Positions 9,085-18,725 of a DNA stretch of 64,000 bases are shown here, piece after piece; positions within the stretch are counted from its first letter, which is position 1, and each line of letters starts with the position of its first letter. This DNA is from Bdellovibrio sp. ZAP7 (GTDB taxonomy: Bacteria > Bdellovibrionota > UBA1018 > CAIMNF01), in contig CAMCGZ010000002.1 of the NCBI GenBank assembly GCA_945874535.1, forward strand, positions 73,585-137,584, written 5' to 3'. The position numbers and the translations under genes were made by a program. The notes under the pieces were generated by a model. It made no database searches. It had not been told where the DNA came from and saw only the letters and a program-made list of their open reading frames with translations.

Positions 9085-10821
9085 ATGAAATTTGTTCGCG
9101 TTGCGATCTTTTTGGCCGGAATGACGGGGCTGGTGATCGGTGGCTTGACCGGTGTGTCGAGCTTGAAAAACGATCAGGAGCAAGCCGAGATCCGGGGGCA
9201 TGAGAATTTGAAGTCCCAAGCGGCACTCCTCGTGGATCAGTTTTTCGGAGTGATCGAGCACGGAAAGCTGGTCTCCCAGTCTTCGAACTCGAATGCTGGA
9301 CCGACAGCTCTGCCCTATGTGACCCATCGGGCGGTCTTGAAGTTGAAGCAGGGTTCGCCCGAGGAGTTCGAATCTTTCGCTCCGCTCGCTTCGACCGATG
9401 CGGGAGCCCCTGCACAAACTCCCGATTTGGCTCTCGAACAGCGGGTGCTTCAAGCCCTCAAAAATCAGATGTCGATGGGGGACTTGAGCTTGACCCGTCA
9501 AGCGCTCGGAACCTATGAGATTTCGGAAGGCGGCTCCAAGGAGGGGATTTTTCTCGCAACCCCTGAGATCACGATTCAAACCAACGGAATGGAGGCTCCG
9601 ATCGAGAAAGTGAATCTGGTCCTGATCGATCCGGTCCGGGCATTCACCGGGATCCAGAAGTTCGCACAGGGCGAGCAGACCGCTTATGTGGTTCATAAGA
9701 ACGGTCGGGTGTTGAATCACACGGTGTCGAATTTTGTCGGAGCCGATCTCCGGAAAACCGACGCCTTGAAAGAGATTGTCGAGAATCTGTTCTTGGGCGC
9801 ACAGACCGGGGCAGTGGAATCCTACACCCATCCCGAGGGCAACCGGAACCGGGTGGCCTTCGTTCGGGCCGGTGTCCTGCCTTTCGCCTTTGCAGTCGAA
9901 GAAAAGACTCCGGCCGCTGTTTTCACAGCGCCTTGGATCGAAGAACAGGCCGGTTCAGGTGCTGCCCGCAAGTCTCTCGGATTCGCACTCGTCCTGATCG
10001 CGATCGCACTGATCAGTTTCAGTGTGGTGAGCGCTTGGGCTTCCCGTGAAGTCGAGAAGCAGATCTCTCATGCACGCGAGACCCGTCGCGAGAGTCGGCC
10101 CTTGCCGGTCGTGGCTCCTAGCCTCAATGCGAACAAGATCGCTCCGAGCGTGATGAGTCAGAAAGCCCGCGCTGAACAGGCGACAGAGACCTTTGTGGAG
10201 AACCGCAAGAATCTCGAAAATGAAAAAGCATTGGCCGTCGAGGGCGCACTGAACATCCTGCCCGAGCGCGACTCGGTCAGTGAATTCATCTCGCGGATCC
10301 CGTCTTTTCCGACCCTCGAAGGAATCGAGAAGGAGTTGGTCACCCTGTGCGGTGAGCTCACCGAAAGCCCTGTGCTCTACTTCCGGTATCAGCGTCGCAA
10401 TCAGAATTTGAGCCTGGCCGCAGTCGCGGGTGAGGTCCGGATTCCGAATCATTCCCAGATGCAGGCTTATGTCCGGAAAGACATCGAACTCCAGGTGGAG
10501 CAGCTCTCCGAGAGTGGAAGAATCGCGTCCTTGAACAACTACGGACCGATGAGCAAGCTCATGCTCGGACAGTTGAATGTCGCTCACTTCGAGGCTTGGG
10601 GAGTCACCTCCAGTCCGGATGTGAGTGGCCAGTCGAAAATGACCGGGGTGCTGGTGGTGCTTCAGGCCGGGATGAAGAGCGCGCAAGTCCGTCCTTCTTT
10701 GGCCCGGGTTTTGGCAGAGGCAGGGAATGTCCTGTATGCCCGGTCGAACAAGCTTGAATCCCGTGCGACCCGCAACACCCGGTCTGTGATCGGGATGGAC
10801 CTCGAATCCGGCCTCTCATGA
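9085..10821 (+). CDS. Hypothetical membrane protein: signal peptide, ~280-aa periplasmic sensor-like domain, one TM, ~270-aa cytoplasmic domain without recognisable output module
   Basis: Hydrophobic segments at N-terminus and around residues 300-320 (LGFALVLIAIALISFSVV). No kinase/GGDEF/HD motifs seen. Confidence 0.45.
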   Translation: MKFVRVAIFLAGMTGLVIGGLTGVSSLKNDQEQAEIRGHENLKSQAALLVDQFFGVIEHGKLVSQSSNSNAGPTALPYVTHRAVLKLKQGSPEEFESFAPLASTDAGAPAQTPDLALEQRVLQALKNQMSMGDLSLTRQALGTYEISEGGSKEGIFLATPEITIQTNGMEAPIEKVNLVLIDPVRAFTGIQKFAQGEQTAYVVHKNGRVLNHTVSNFVGADLRKTDALKEIVENLFLGAQTGAVESYTHPEGNRNRVAFVRAGVLPFAFAVEEKTPAAVFTAPWIEEQAGSGAARKSLGFALVLIAIALISFSVVSAWASREVEKQISHARETRRESRPLPVVAPSLNANKIAPSVMSQKARAEQATETFVENRKNLENEKALAVEGALNILPERDSVSEFISRIPSFPTLEGIEKELVTLCGELTESPVLYFRYQRRNQNLSLAAVAGEVRIPNHSQMQAYVRKDIELQVEQLSESGRIASLNNYGPMSKLMLGQLNVAHFEAWGVTSSPDVSGQSKMTGVLVVLQAGMKSAQVRPSLARVLAEAGNVLYARSNKLESRATRNTRSVIGMDLESGLS

Positions 10822-11909
10822 TCGCTCGTGCCGAGGTGACCGTATCCGGCAGTGCTCTTCGGAACAACTTCAGGATCCTGAAAAAAAAGGTCCCGGCACT
10901 CCGCCTGATCCCTATGGTGAAGGCGGATGCTTATGGTCATGGCGCTGCCTTTGCCGCCCGCACTCTGTTGCGGGAAAAGGGGCTGCACGCGTTCGGTGTG
11001 GCGAGTTTCCGTGAAGCGGTAGAATTACGCCTGTCTCTCGGTGACTCCCGTGTGCCGGTGATCGTGTTTTCAGACTCCGCACCCTGGACACCCGAACATT
11101 CGTCTCTTTGCATCCGCTACCATCTCGAACCCGTCTTGAGCGAGATCGAAAGCCTGCTTCATTTTCAGAGCCTGAAAGAGTCCCGGAAGGTGCCCTATCA
11201 TGTAGAGCTGAACACCGGGATGAATCGCCTCGGAATACCGGTCGATTCTCTGGGCTGTGTCCAGTTGCCTCCCGAGTCGGTGTTCACTCATCTGGCCGAT
11301 GCCGACAGTCCCCGTTCTGCTTTGACCCGAACACAGATCAAGCGTTTCGAGTCCGCTTTGCCCGGGATCCGTGCCCGGTTTCCAAGGGCCCTACTTCATT
11401 TTGCCAATAGTGCCACGATCTGGAATCATCGCGAGTTTCCCTTGCTCCGGGAGATGGATCTGGCGCGGCCGGGATTGTCACTTTACGGGATCCGTCCTTT
11501 TCAGAAAGCCCGTGAAGACGGTCTCAAACGGGTGATGCGTTTTTCATCGAGGGTATTGAACCGGATTCACCTGGAGCCCGGTGATCGGGTCGGTTACGGG
11601 GGCACCTATGTGTGCAAGTCCAAGACCGGGGAGTGGGTCGGTGTGATCGGGGCGGGCTATGCAGACGGGGTTTTCCGCTCTTTATCGAACTCCGGATTCG
11701 CCGTACAGGGGCGTAAAAAGCTTCCTTTCATCGGACGAGTGAGTATGGATCTTTCGGCGATACGGATTCCTTCGAGCGTCCGGGTCGGAGATGAGTTGGT
11801 GCTGTGGGGCGACGAGGTGGATCCCTACGAACAGGCCGGGGCTGCCGGTACGATTCCGTATGAGATCACCACCCGGATCGGTTCACGTGTGGAGAGGTCG
11901 GATGGCTGA
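10818..11909 (+). CDS. alr: Alanine racemase
   Basis: PLP-lysine motif …PMVKADAYGHGA…; length 363 aa. Confidence 0.85.
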   Translation: MIARAEVTVSGSALRNNFRILKKKVPALRLIPMVKADAYGHGAAFAARTLLREKGLHAFGVASFREAVELRLSLGDSRVPVIVFSDSAPWTPEHSSLCIRYHLEPVLSEIESLLHFQSLKESRKVPYHVELNTGMNRLGIPVDSLGCVQLPPESVFTHLADADSPRSALTRTQIKRFESALPGIRARFPRALLHFANSATIWNHREFPLLREMDLARPGLSLYGIRPFQKAREDGLKRVMRFSSRVLNRIHLEPGDRVGYGGTYVCKSKTGEWVGVIGAGYADGVFRSLSNSGFAVQGRKKLPFIGRVSMDLSAIRIPSSVRVGDELVLWGDEVDPYEQAGAAGTIPYEITTRIGSRVERSDG

Positions 11910-12693
11910 AGAAATTGCAATCGAATTGACGGGTGTTCACAAGGCTTTTCGCGACGGTCGGGATCAAATCCTCCGCGGAATCGATATTCAGTTCCCAAAA
12001 GGGAAACTCACTTACATTTTGGGTCCCTCGGGGACCGGAAAGTCGGTGACGCTGAAACACATTCTCGGTCTTCTCGATCCGGATCAAGGGGAAGTCCGGG
12101 TACTCGGGAAGAATCTGGCCGGGCTTTCACCAGTCGAGAAGATCCGCTTCCGGGAGAAGTTCGGGATGGTGTTCCAGAACTCCGCACTCTTTGATGACAT
12201 GACTGTATTCGAGAATGTGGCGTTCCCGCTTAGGGAACACACCGATTTCGATGAAGTCCGGATCGAACAGGAAGTGATTTCGGTGCTCCGCTCACTCGGA
12301 ATGAACGGACCCTACGATAAGTATCCGAATGAGATCTCGGGTGGAATGCGGAAACGGGTCGGGATCGCCAGAGCGATCATCCGAAAGCCCGAGATTCTGC
12401 TCTACGATGAGCCCACGACAGGACTCGATCCCTATACGCGGATTACCGTCGATGAACTCATCGAGAAGATCAAAAGTGAATTCCGGCTGACATCCGTGGT
12501 GATTTCTCACGACATACCGTCCGCTCTCAGACTCGCCGATCAGATCATTTTTCTCGATCAGGGGAAGGTGGCCTTCCGTGGACTGCCCCATGAGTTCGTG
12601 AAGTCGGAGCATTCCGCCATCCGGAAGTTTCTGGACGCCGATCTCCTGTCGTTTCAATCCCTCAGCATCGCGCAAAAAGGAGCGTCCTCGTGA
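11902..12693 (+). CDS. ABC transporter ATP-binding protein, MlaF/Ttg2A-like
   Basis: Start at MAEEIAIELTGVHKAF (overlaps alr by 8 nt). Walker A GPSGTGKS, signature ISGGMRKRVGIARA, Walker B LLYDEPTTGLD. Confidence 0.75.
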   Translation: MAEEIAIELTGVHKAFRDGRDQILRGIDIQFPKGKLTYILGPSGTGKSVTLKHILGLLDPDQGEVRVLGKNLAGLSPVEKIRFREKFGMVFQNSALFDDMTVFENVAFPLREHTDFDEVRIEQEVISVLRSLGMNGPYDKYPNEISGGMRKRVGIARAIIRKPEILLYDEPTTGLDPYTRITVDELIEKIKSEFRLTSVVISHDIPSALRLADQIIFLDQGKVAFRGLPHEFVKSEHSAIRKFLDADLLSFQSLSIAQKGASS

Positions 12694-13151
12694 AGAACTG
12701 GTTGATCCGTCATCCTGATCTGAGTTTCGAGCGTCCGGTTTCAGAGCCAGATTTGATCCGTCTGATAGAAACCGGGAAGCTCGGACCCAGGGACGAGATT
12801 TGCAAATCCGGGTCTTATTGGTTCCACCTTCAGGATGCCCAGGAGGTCCGTAAGTTCCTGCAGAATGTGAAGCTCGAAGCCATTCTTCCCAAGATGGCCG
12901 ACCGCACTTCGACGAGTCTGGTGACGGATACCCGGGCCAAAGGGGTCGAACTCAGAGGCGAGGGCCAGCAGCGGAAGGAATCGAATCCTCCGGTTCATGC
13001 CCAACTCGAGTGGCCGGAGGCTGATCCGGACACTCATTTGGATGAGGAACCCCTTGAGGAGTCCTCACTTCAATCGAGGATCCTGTTTGTCGGGGTGATC
13101 TTGGTCATTTTTTTCGGAACGCTTTACCTGCTTTGGTCGGGTTCGCGCTAG
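12690..13151 (+). CDS. Hypothetical protein with DUF4339/GYF-like N-terminal domain and C-terminal TM helix (GTG start)
   Basis: Pattern NWLIRHPD…SEPDLIRLIETGKLGPRDEICKSGSYWFHL resembles GYF-like DUF4339; C-terminal hydrophobic ILFVGVILVIFFGTLYLLW. Confidence 0.4.
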   Translation: MKNWLIRHPDLSFERPVSEPDLIRLIETGKLGPRDEICKSGSYWFHLQDAQEVRKFLQNVKLEAILPKMADRTSTSLVTDTRAKGVELRGEGQQRKESNPPVHAQLEWPEADPDTHLDEEPLEESSLQSRILFVGVILVIFFGTLYLLWSGSR

Positions 13152-13515
13152 GGGCGGAACCCACAAAGAAGATGTCGGAGATCCAGACCCCGCCGGAGGC
13201 CGGATCTCCGAGTTCCTGCTTCAGCCTCTGATTGAATTTTTCGAGTACGAGCTGCTTGTTTCCGAGGAGTTCCTGTCGCCAGACAGACTGGGTCACAGCC
13301 ACCGTCAGGATGGTCCCCCGGATTTGGACAGCGCGCGCATGGCGTGCGATCGGCATGCCGATGGCGGGTTCCCAGAGCTCCAGGATGCGGGCCTCATGCA
13401 TGCCGCTTTTGAGCCCGTTGTTGGACTCGAGAATGCGTTTCAGGATGCGGCTCAACAAATCCATGGGTGCTTCATTCTTGGCAAAAGGCGCGGATTTTGT
13501 CAAAATCTCACTCAT
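13105..13515 (-). CDS. DUF721 (DciA-like) protein
   Basis: …LELWEPAIGMPIARHARAVQIRGTILTVAVTQSVWRQELL…LVLEKFNQRL… matches DUF721 pattern. Start uncertain (alternatives at Met 13515 or 13464; the track start 13611 is unlikely). Confidence 0.5.
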   Translation of the reverse strand: MSEILTKSAPFAKNEAPMDLLSRILKRILESNNGLKSGMHEARILELWEPAIGMPIARHARAVQIRGTILTVAVTQSVWRQELLGNKQLVLEKFNQRLKQELGDPASGGVWISDIFFVGSAPSANPTKAGKAFRKK

Positions 13516-14101
13516 GCGGATGGCGTTTCGGTTCTCCCTGTTTCTGGGTCTGGCAGGCCTCCTCGGGTCTTGCGGGTACACCCTGCGTGGGAACACCCGG
13601 GAGTTCTTCAATCAACAAGGGATCCGGAGCTTGTATGTAGCCCCTGTGAAGAATCTTTCTTACAAGCCCGGCGTCGAGATTGTGATCTACAATGCGCTCC
13701 GGAAGCGGATCGCCCAAGGCGGTTATGTGAGGATTGTCGATCAGCCCGGACAGGCTGATGCCGAAATCGAGGCGAAGGTGCTCGATGCGAGTTACGCACC
13801 GTCCGGGATCACCACAGCAGATCAGATCGCTCCCGTCCAGACGGGGCCATCCAATGTGCAGATCGCTTCTGCTTATGCGGTGAATTTGAAGGTAGCGTTC
13901 GAACTGTTCCAATCGGGCAGTCGGAAGCGGCTTTGGGGCGATACGGTGGCCAGGCAGAAAACCTTCACCGCTTCTACCTACTTGGGATCTCTCGGGTCGA
14001 CTTCCGCCCTGATCAACGAGGGAGATTTTGAGCGATCGGTCGGAGAACTCGCGGTGAGTCTCGTCACCGATGCCGAAGAATCGATGAACTCGGTGTTCTG
14101 A
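13514..14101 (+). CDS. LptE-like LPS-assembly lipoprotein
   Basis: Start at MRMAFRFSLFLGLAGLLGSCGY (lipoprotein signal, lipobox LGSC). Size and context fit LptE/RlpB-like proteins; low-confidence family call. Confidence 0.45.
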   Translation: MRMAFRFSLFLGLAGLLGSCGYTLRGNTREFFNQQGIRSLYVAPVKNLSYKPGVEIVIYNALRKRIAQGGYVRIVDQPGQADAEIEAKVLDASYAPSGITTADQIAPVQTGPSNVQIASAYAVNLKVAFELFQSGSRKRLWGDTVARQKTFTASTYLGSLGSTSALINEGDFERSVGELAVSLVTDAEESMNSVF

Positions 14102-14113
14102 GCGGCCTCTCGC

Positions 14114-15292
14114 TCAGTTGGACATCAGTTCGTCTGCGACTTCGCCCAGCATCTGGCGGGCGATGATCACGCGGAGGATTTCATTGGTGCCCGCTCCGAT
14201 TTCAATGAGCTTTGCATCACGCATCTGACGTTCCACCGGGAACTCACGGGTGTAGCCGTAGCCCCCGAGGATCTGGATCGCATCCAGGCCCACTTGTGTG
14301 GCCATTTGTGCGGACTGGAGCTTGGCCTTGGCGGCCATCATGGATGCCTCTTTTCCGGTCATGAGCCCCATATCCCAGGTCTTTGCCGCCTGATAAGTCA
14401 AAGCCCGACAGGCTTCGTACCATGCTGATGCTTCTGTGAGCCGTTCTTGAACCTGCTGGAAAGCACCGATGTGCTTGTTGAATTGTTTTCGCTCCTTGGC
14501 GTACTGGGTGGCGACTTCGATGCAGTTCCGCGCGATCCCGAGCGAGATGCCCGCGATGGTGATTCGCTCGATGTCGAGGTTACGCATCATCGCTTTCACG
14601 CTCGATCCTTCGGTACCGACACGGTTTCCCTCGGGAACCTTCACATCGGTGAACCAGAGTTCACCGGTCGGAGAAGCGCGCATTCCCATTTTTTTGAATT
14701 TTTTCCCGGTCGAGAAGCCGGGCATGTTTTTGTCGACGATGAAGGTCGACACATCTTTTTTGCCCGGACCGGTCTTGGCATAGATGTAGAAAATGTCGCC
14801 GTTCGGACCATTGGTGATCCAGGTCTTGGAGCCGTTGATTTTATAGGTACCGTCCGACTGCTTTTCGGCTTTGGTGAGCATGCCGAGCGCGTCGGATCCT
14901 GACCCCGGCTCGCTCATGCCCATACCGCCGATGTGTTCACCCGAGATGAGCTTCGGAAGGTACTTGAGCTTTTGTTCTTTGGAAGCGTTGGTGCCGATCT
15001 GGTTCACGCACAAGATGGAATGAGCGAGGTAAGAGAGGGTGGTCGAGGCGTCGACTGCGGCCATTTCTTCCATGGCAACAGTTGCGGCAACAGCACCCAT
15101 TCCGGCCCCGCCGTCTTCTTCAGCGACCGTGATGCCGAGCAGGCCCATTTCACCGAGTTTTTTGAACCCATCGAGATTGAAACTCTCGATCTCGTCGAGG
15201 TGCTCGATTTTGGGAGCGAGTTGCTCGCGCGCAAACGCACGGACGGATTCGGCCAACATTTTCTCTTCTTCAGTGAAAAACCAGATGGACAT
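14114..15292 (-). CDS. Acyl-CoA dehydrogenase (isovaleryl/short-chain type)
   Basis: 392 aa; ACAD N-, middle and C-terminal domain signatures (…GSDALGM…, …YGGYGY…REFPVER…). Confidence 0.85.
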   Translation of the reverse strand: MSIWFFTEEEKMLAESVRAFAREQLAPKIEHLDEIESFNLDGFKKLGEMGLLGITVAEEDGGAGMGAVAATVAMEEMAAVDASTTLSYLAHSILCVNQIGTNASKEQKLKYLPKLISGEHIGGMGMSEPGSGSDALGMLTKAEKQSDGTYKINGSKTWITNGPNGDIFYIYAKTGPGKKDVSTFIVDKNMPGFSTGKKFKKMGMRASPTGELWFTDVKVPEGNRVGTEGSSVKAMMRNLDIERITIAGISLGIARNCIEVATQYAKERKQFNKHIGAFQQVQERLTEASAWYEACRALTYQAAKTWDMGLMTGKEASMMAAKAKLQSAQMATQVGLDAIQILGGYGYTREFPVERQMRDAKLIEIGAGTNEILRVIIARQMLGEVADELMSN

Positions 15293-15326
15293 AGTGGTCC
15301 GAGTATAGGGATTTTCGTGTTCAGGT

Positions 15327-15647
15327 TCAATCCCGATCTGAGGACAAGGCGCCTTCCCGGATCAGAAGCCTGCGCTTTTCGAGATTCTCCTGAGAGTCGG
15401 GGTCGAGGGATCCGAAGTAGCCTTCGATCCGACCGTCCGACCGGATCACCCGGTGACACGGAACTTGATCCGCGGGAAACGGGTTCTGTTTCAGGGCTTG
15501 CCCGACCGCGCGGGAGGCACCGGGTTTGCCGAGTTTGCGCGCGACTTCTCCGTAGGTCAGGGTCTGCCCCGGGGGAATTCCGGCCACAATGGAATAAACC
15601 GCCATCCGGAAGGAACTGATCTGGCGCGTGCTAGACGAATCATCCAT
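15327..15647 (-). CDS. ogt: Methylated-DNA-protein-cysteine methyltransferase, short single-domain form
   Basis: Active-site motif VPCHRVI and HTH …TYGEVARKLGKPGASRAVGQA… Likely true start at internal Met (15605). Confidence 0.7.
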   Translation of the reverse strand: MDDSSSTRQISSFRMAVYSIVAGIPPGQTLTYGEVARKLGKPGASRAVGQALKQNPFPADQVPCHRVIRSDGRIEGYFGSLDPDSQENLEKRRLLIREGALSSDRD

Positions 15648-15724
15648 GGAAAGAGTTTACACCAGATCGGCCGGGACTTAAAGATTGACTTATTTGATCA
15701 GGCACGTTAGGATCCCGCCCACTT

Positions 15725-16987
15725 ATGCTGATTTTCCAGTCCCTCACCAAATCCGAACTGGCCGAAGCCCTCCTGCCGCTGAGCACCGCCAAAGAGGAAC
15801 GTGACCTCCGGAGCCTCACCGACGAGGGTGAGCGCGAGGCTCTGTTGCAAAAGATCGGGAAGAAAAAGCGCAAGCAGGCTGAAATGCGGGCGAAGCAGTT
15901 GTTCCACTGGGTGTATCAGCGCTATGTGACCGATTACGACCAGATGACCGACATCGCGAAAGACATCCGCGTCTGGTTGAAAGAAAACGTGAAGGTATTC
16001 CGCCTCGACGAGAGCTATTCGAAGCAATCCGAGGATGGCACCTACAAGTTCCTCTGGAAGCTGAATGACACCAAGACCATCGAATCGGTGATCATCCCGG
16101 CCGCACTCAAGGAAAAAGTGGGCGACGAGGTGATGGCCACCCTCGAGGATGGCAAGCGCTACTCCGGGATCGAAGTGGAGCGAGCCGGCCTCGACCGTGA
16201 GCTCGATACCGATTCCTGGGCGCGTCTCACCGCCTGCATTTCTTCACAAGTGGGTTGTGCCATGGCCTGCAAGTTCTGCCTGACCGGAGTGCAGGGGTTG
16301 GACCGTTCGCTCGAAGTCCATGAGGTCGTGACCCAGGTGCATGAGCTCCGGATGCGTGCTCCCATTACCAACATTGTTTTCATGGGCATGGGCGAGCCCT
16401 TGCACAATGTGAAGAACATCGCCAAGGCCTGCCAGATCCTGCTCGACGAGGACGGGATGAACTTTTCCAAACGGAAAGTCACCGTTTCGACCTCTGGGCT
16501 GGTTCCCGCCATTGCGGAGTTGTACCAGCAGACCGATGTCTCGCTCGCTATTTCACTCAATGCCTCCACTGACGAGCAGCGTTCGCAGATCATGCCCGTG
16601 AACAAGCGCTGGCCGATCGCCGAGCTTCTGGCCGCATGCCGGAAGGTCCCCCTCGGGGGGCACCGGAGGATCACTTTCGAGTACGTCATGCTCCGTGATT
16701 TCAATGATACGCTCGAGGACGCGAAGCGAGTGGCCCAGATGCTCCGTGGGATCCCGGCCAAGGTGAATCTCATTCCCTTCAATGAGCATTCCGGCGCGGA
16801 TTTCAAACGCCCGAATGACGATACGGTTCTGAAGTTCCAGCGTTACCTGCTGTCGCAGGGCTATACGACCACGGTCCGGATCTCGCGCGGGCGCGATATT
16901 CTCGCAGCCTGCGGCCAGCTCCGCTCGCTTTTCGGAACCGCCCGTGGCACCGAAAAGCACCGGGACTCGCCGGTCGTCAGCAACTGA
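15725..16987 (+). CDS. rlmN: Radical SAM 23S rRNA/tRNA m2A methyltransferase RlmN-family, with Lys/Glu-rich N-terminal extension
   Basis: …CISSQVGCAMACKFCLTG… CxxxCxxC radical-SAM cluster motif in the RlmN/Cfr context, with conserved C-terminal Cys. Confidence 0.8.
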   Translation: MLIFQSLTKSELAEALLPLSTAKEERDLRSLTDEGEREALLQKIGKKKRKQAEMRAKQLFHWVYQRYVTDYDQMTDIAKDIRVWLKENVKVFRLDESYSKQSEDGTYKFLWKLNDTKTIESVIIPAALKEKVGDEVMATLEDGKRYSGIEVERAGLDRELDTDSWARLTACISSQVGCAMACKFCLTGVQGLDRSLEVHEVVTQVHELRMRAPITNIVFMGMGEPLHNVKNIAKACQILLDEDGMNFSKRKVTVSTSGLVPAIAELYQQTDVSLAISLNASTDEQRSQIMPVNKRWPIAELLAACRKVPLGGHRRITFEYVMLRDFNDTLEDAKRVAQMLRGIPAKVNLIPFNEHSGADFKRPNDDTVLKFQRYLLSQGYTTTVRISRGRDILAACGQLRSLFGTARGTEKHRDSPVVSN

Positions 16988-16999
16988 AGGCGAGCTGAA

Positions 17000-17308
17000 T
17001 CAGCGGTAGACTGCTGAACAGGACTGGTAACAGGAGCTGCGCGAAAAGTCGGCTCGCGACAGCTGCTTCAGTCCGATTTTGACTCCGGTCTGATCGGCTT
17101 CGATGTCTTTCCAGTCCGGCTGGTGGGGGTCGACTTCGACTTCACTTTTGAAGGCTTTTCCCACCAGAAGTCCGCAAACGGGAAATGCCGCCCCGGACTC
17201 CACTTCAAAATTTTCTGTAGAATTTCGTGCGGACATCCCGGCCCAGGCCATGGACGGGGCTGAAAGGGTGATGGAAAACAGCAACAGGAGAGTCACAACC
17301 GGTTTCAT
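17000..17308 (-). CDS. Small secreted hypothetical protein
   Basis: Start at MKPVVTLLLLFSITLSAPSMAWA (signal peptide). No family. Confidence 0.35.
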   Translation of the reverse strand: MKPVVTLLLLFSITLSAPSMAWAGMSARNSTENFEVESGAAFPVCGLLVGKAFKSEVEVDPHQPDWKDIEADQTGVKIGLKQLSRADFSRSSCYQSCSAVYR

Positions 17309-17362
17309 CCGGACGGATCCTGTCTGTTTTTTACACCGAGTCAAGATAAAAACCCACCAAGC

Positions 17363-18715
17363 TCACACAGGGGCGAATTTGGCCGTGAAATGTCTGAGAA
17401 ACGGGGGCGCTTCGGTGATGCGGAATCCTTTGAGAGATGCGGATCTCGCCTTCAGTTCCTCAAAGCCCTCGAGAATGTAATCGAAGTGGCTTTGAGTATA
17501 GACCCGTCTCGGAAAGGCAAGGCGGACCAGTTCCATCGGGGCGGCCTCCTTGAACATGACGGATCCGATCTCGCAGCTTCGGATCCCGTCTTGCAAGTAA
17601 AGTTCGACCGCGAGCGCCTGGCCTGGGAACTCCGACTTGGGAATCTGCGGGAGAAACTTGGCCGCATCGATGTAAATGGCATGTCCCCCGACAGGCCGAA
17701 CGATCGGAATCCCGAGCTCGGTGAGTCGACGGCCCATGTAGTGGGAGGTGGCGATCCGGTAGCGGAGGTAGTCTTCCTCAAGCACCTCATCGAGTCCGAC
17801 CGTCAGAGCCTCGAGATCGCGGGCGGCGAGTCCGCCGTAGGTCGGGAAGCCTTCGGTCAAAATGAGTTGATTCCGGAGGTCCTGGACCCAGTTTTCGTGC
17901 TTGAGCGCGATGAAGCCTCCGATGTTCACGAGACCGTCTTTTTTGGCGCTCATCATGCAACCGTCTGCAAGGTCGAAGATCTCGCGGACGATCTTCCGGA
18001 TGGAGTCCTGTTCGCGCCCGGGTTCGCGGGTCTTGATGAACCAGGCGTTCTCGGCGAAGCGGCAGGCATCGAGAATGAAGGGAATGCCGTACTTGTGATA
18101 GATCCGGGCCGCATCGCGGATGTTCTCGAGACTGACCGGCTGACCGCCTCCGGTGTTGTTCGTGATCGTGAGCATTCCGAGCGGGATCTTGTCTTTGAAT
18201 TCTTTACAAAACGAATCGAGGCGCTCGATGTCGATATTCCCCTTGAAGGGGTGCTCGAGCTCCGGAATTTTGCCCTCCGGAATGACCAGATCGACCGCTT
18301 GGGCTCCCATGTACTCGATATTGGCCCGGGTGGTGTCGAAATGGTTGTTTGACGGCACCTTCATGCCGGGTTTCAGGAGGATGCCGAACATGAGTTTTTC
18401 GGCGGCCCGGCCCTGGTGGGTGGGGATCACATGAGGGTAGCCCGTGATCCCGGTGACCTTCTCGCGGAATCGATGGAAGCTCCTCGACCCGGCGTAGCTT
18501 TCATCGGAGACCATCATCGCTGCCCATTGGGCCGCACTCATGGCGGTGGTGCCTGAGTCGGTCAGAAAATCGAAGGTCACATGTTCCGAGCGGACCAGGA
18601 AGAGATTGTAGTGGGCCTCTCTCAGAACGGACTCGCGCTTCGCTCGGTCGAGCTGTACGAGGGGTTCGGTGACCCGGATCTTGAACGGTTCGATGATGGT
18701 TTTTCTCATTTTCAA
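17363..18715 (-). CDS. Tryptophanase / tyrosine phenol-lyase family beta-eliminating lyase (PLP)
   Basis: N-terminus MKMRKTIIEPFKIRVTEP… and full-length ~450 aa match the TnaA/TPL family. Confidence 0.8.
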   Translation of the reverse strand: MKMRKTIIEPFKIRVTEPLVQLDRAKRESVLREAHYNLFLVRSEHVTFDFLTDSGTTAMSAAQWAAMMVSDESYAGSRSFHRFREKVTGITGYPHVIPTHQGRAAEKLMFGILLKPGMKVPSNNHFDTTRANIEYMGAQAVDLVIPEGKIPELEHPFKGNIDIERLDSFCKEFKDKIPLGMLTITNNTGGGQPVSLENIRDAARIYHKYGIPFILDACRFAENAWFIKTREPGREQDSIRKIVREIFDLADGCMMSAKKDGLVNIGGFIALKHENWVQDLRNQLILTEGFPTYGGLAARDLEALTVGLDEVLEEDYLRYRIATSHYMGRRLTELGIPIVRPVGGHAIYIDAAKFLPQIPKSEFPGQALAVELYLQDGIRSCEIGSVMFKEAAPMELVRLAFPRRVYTQSHFDYILEGFEELKARSASLKGFRITEAPPFLRHFTAKFAPV

Positions 18716-18725
18716 ACTCCCGGAA

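Noticed and set aside
7438-9831. 797-aa ORF suggested by the track for nadB
   Set aside because: NadB homology begins at Met 264 (MATDRPKVLIIGSGIAG). The upstream 263 codons are an unsupported open extension on the opposite strand of the 9085..10821 gene's promoter region.
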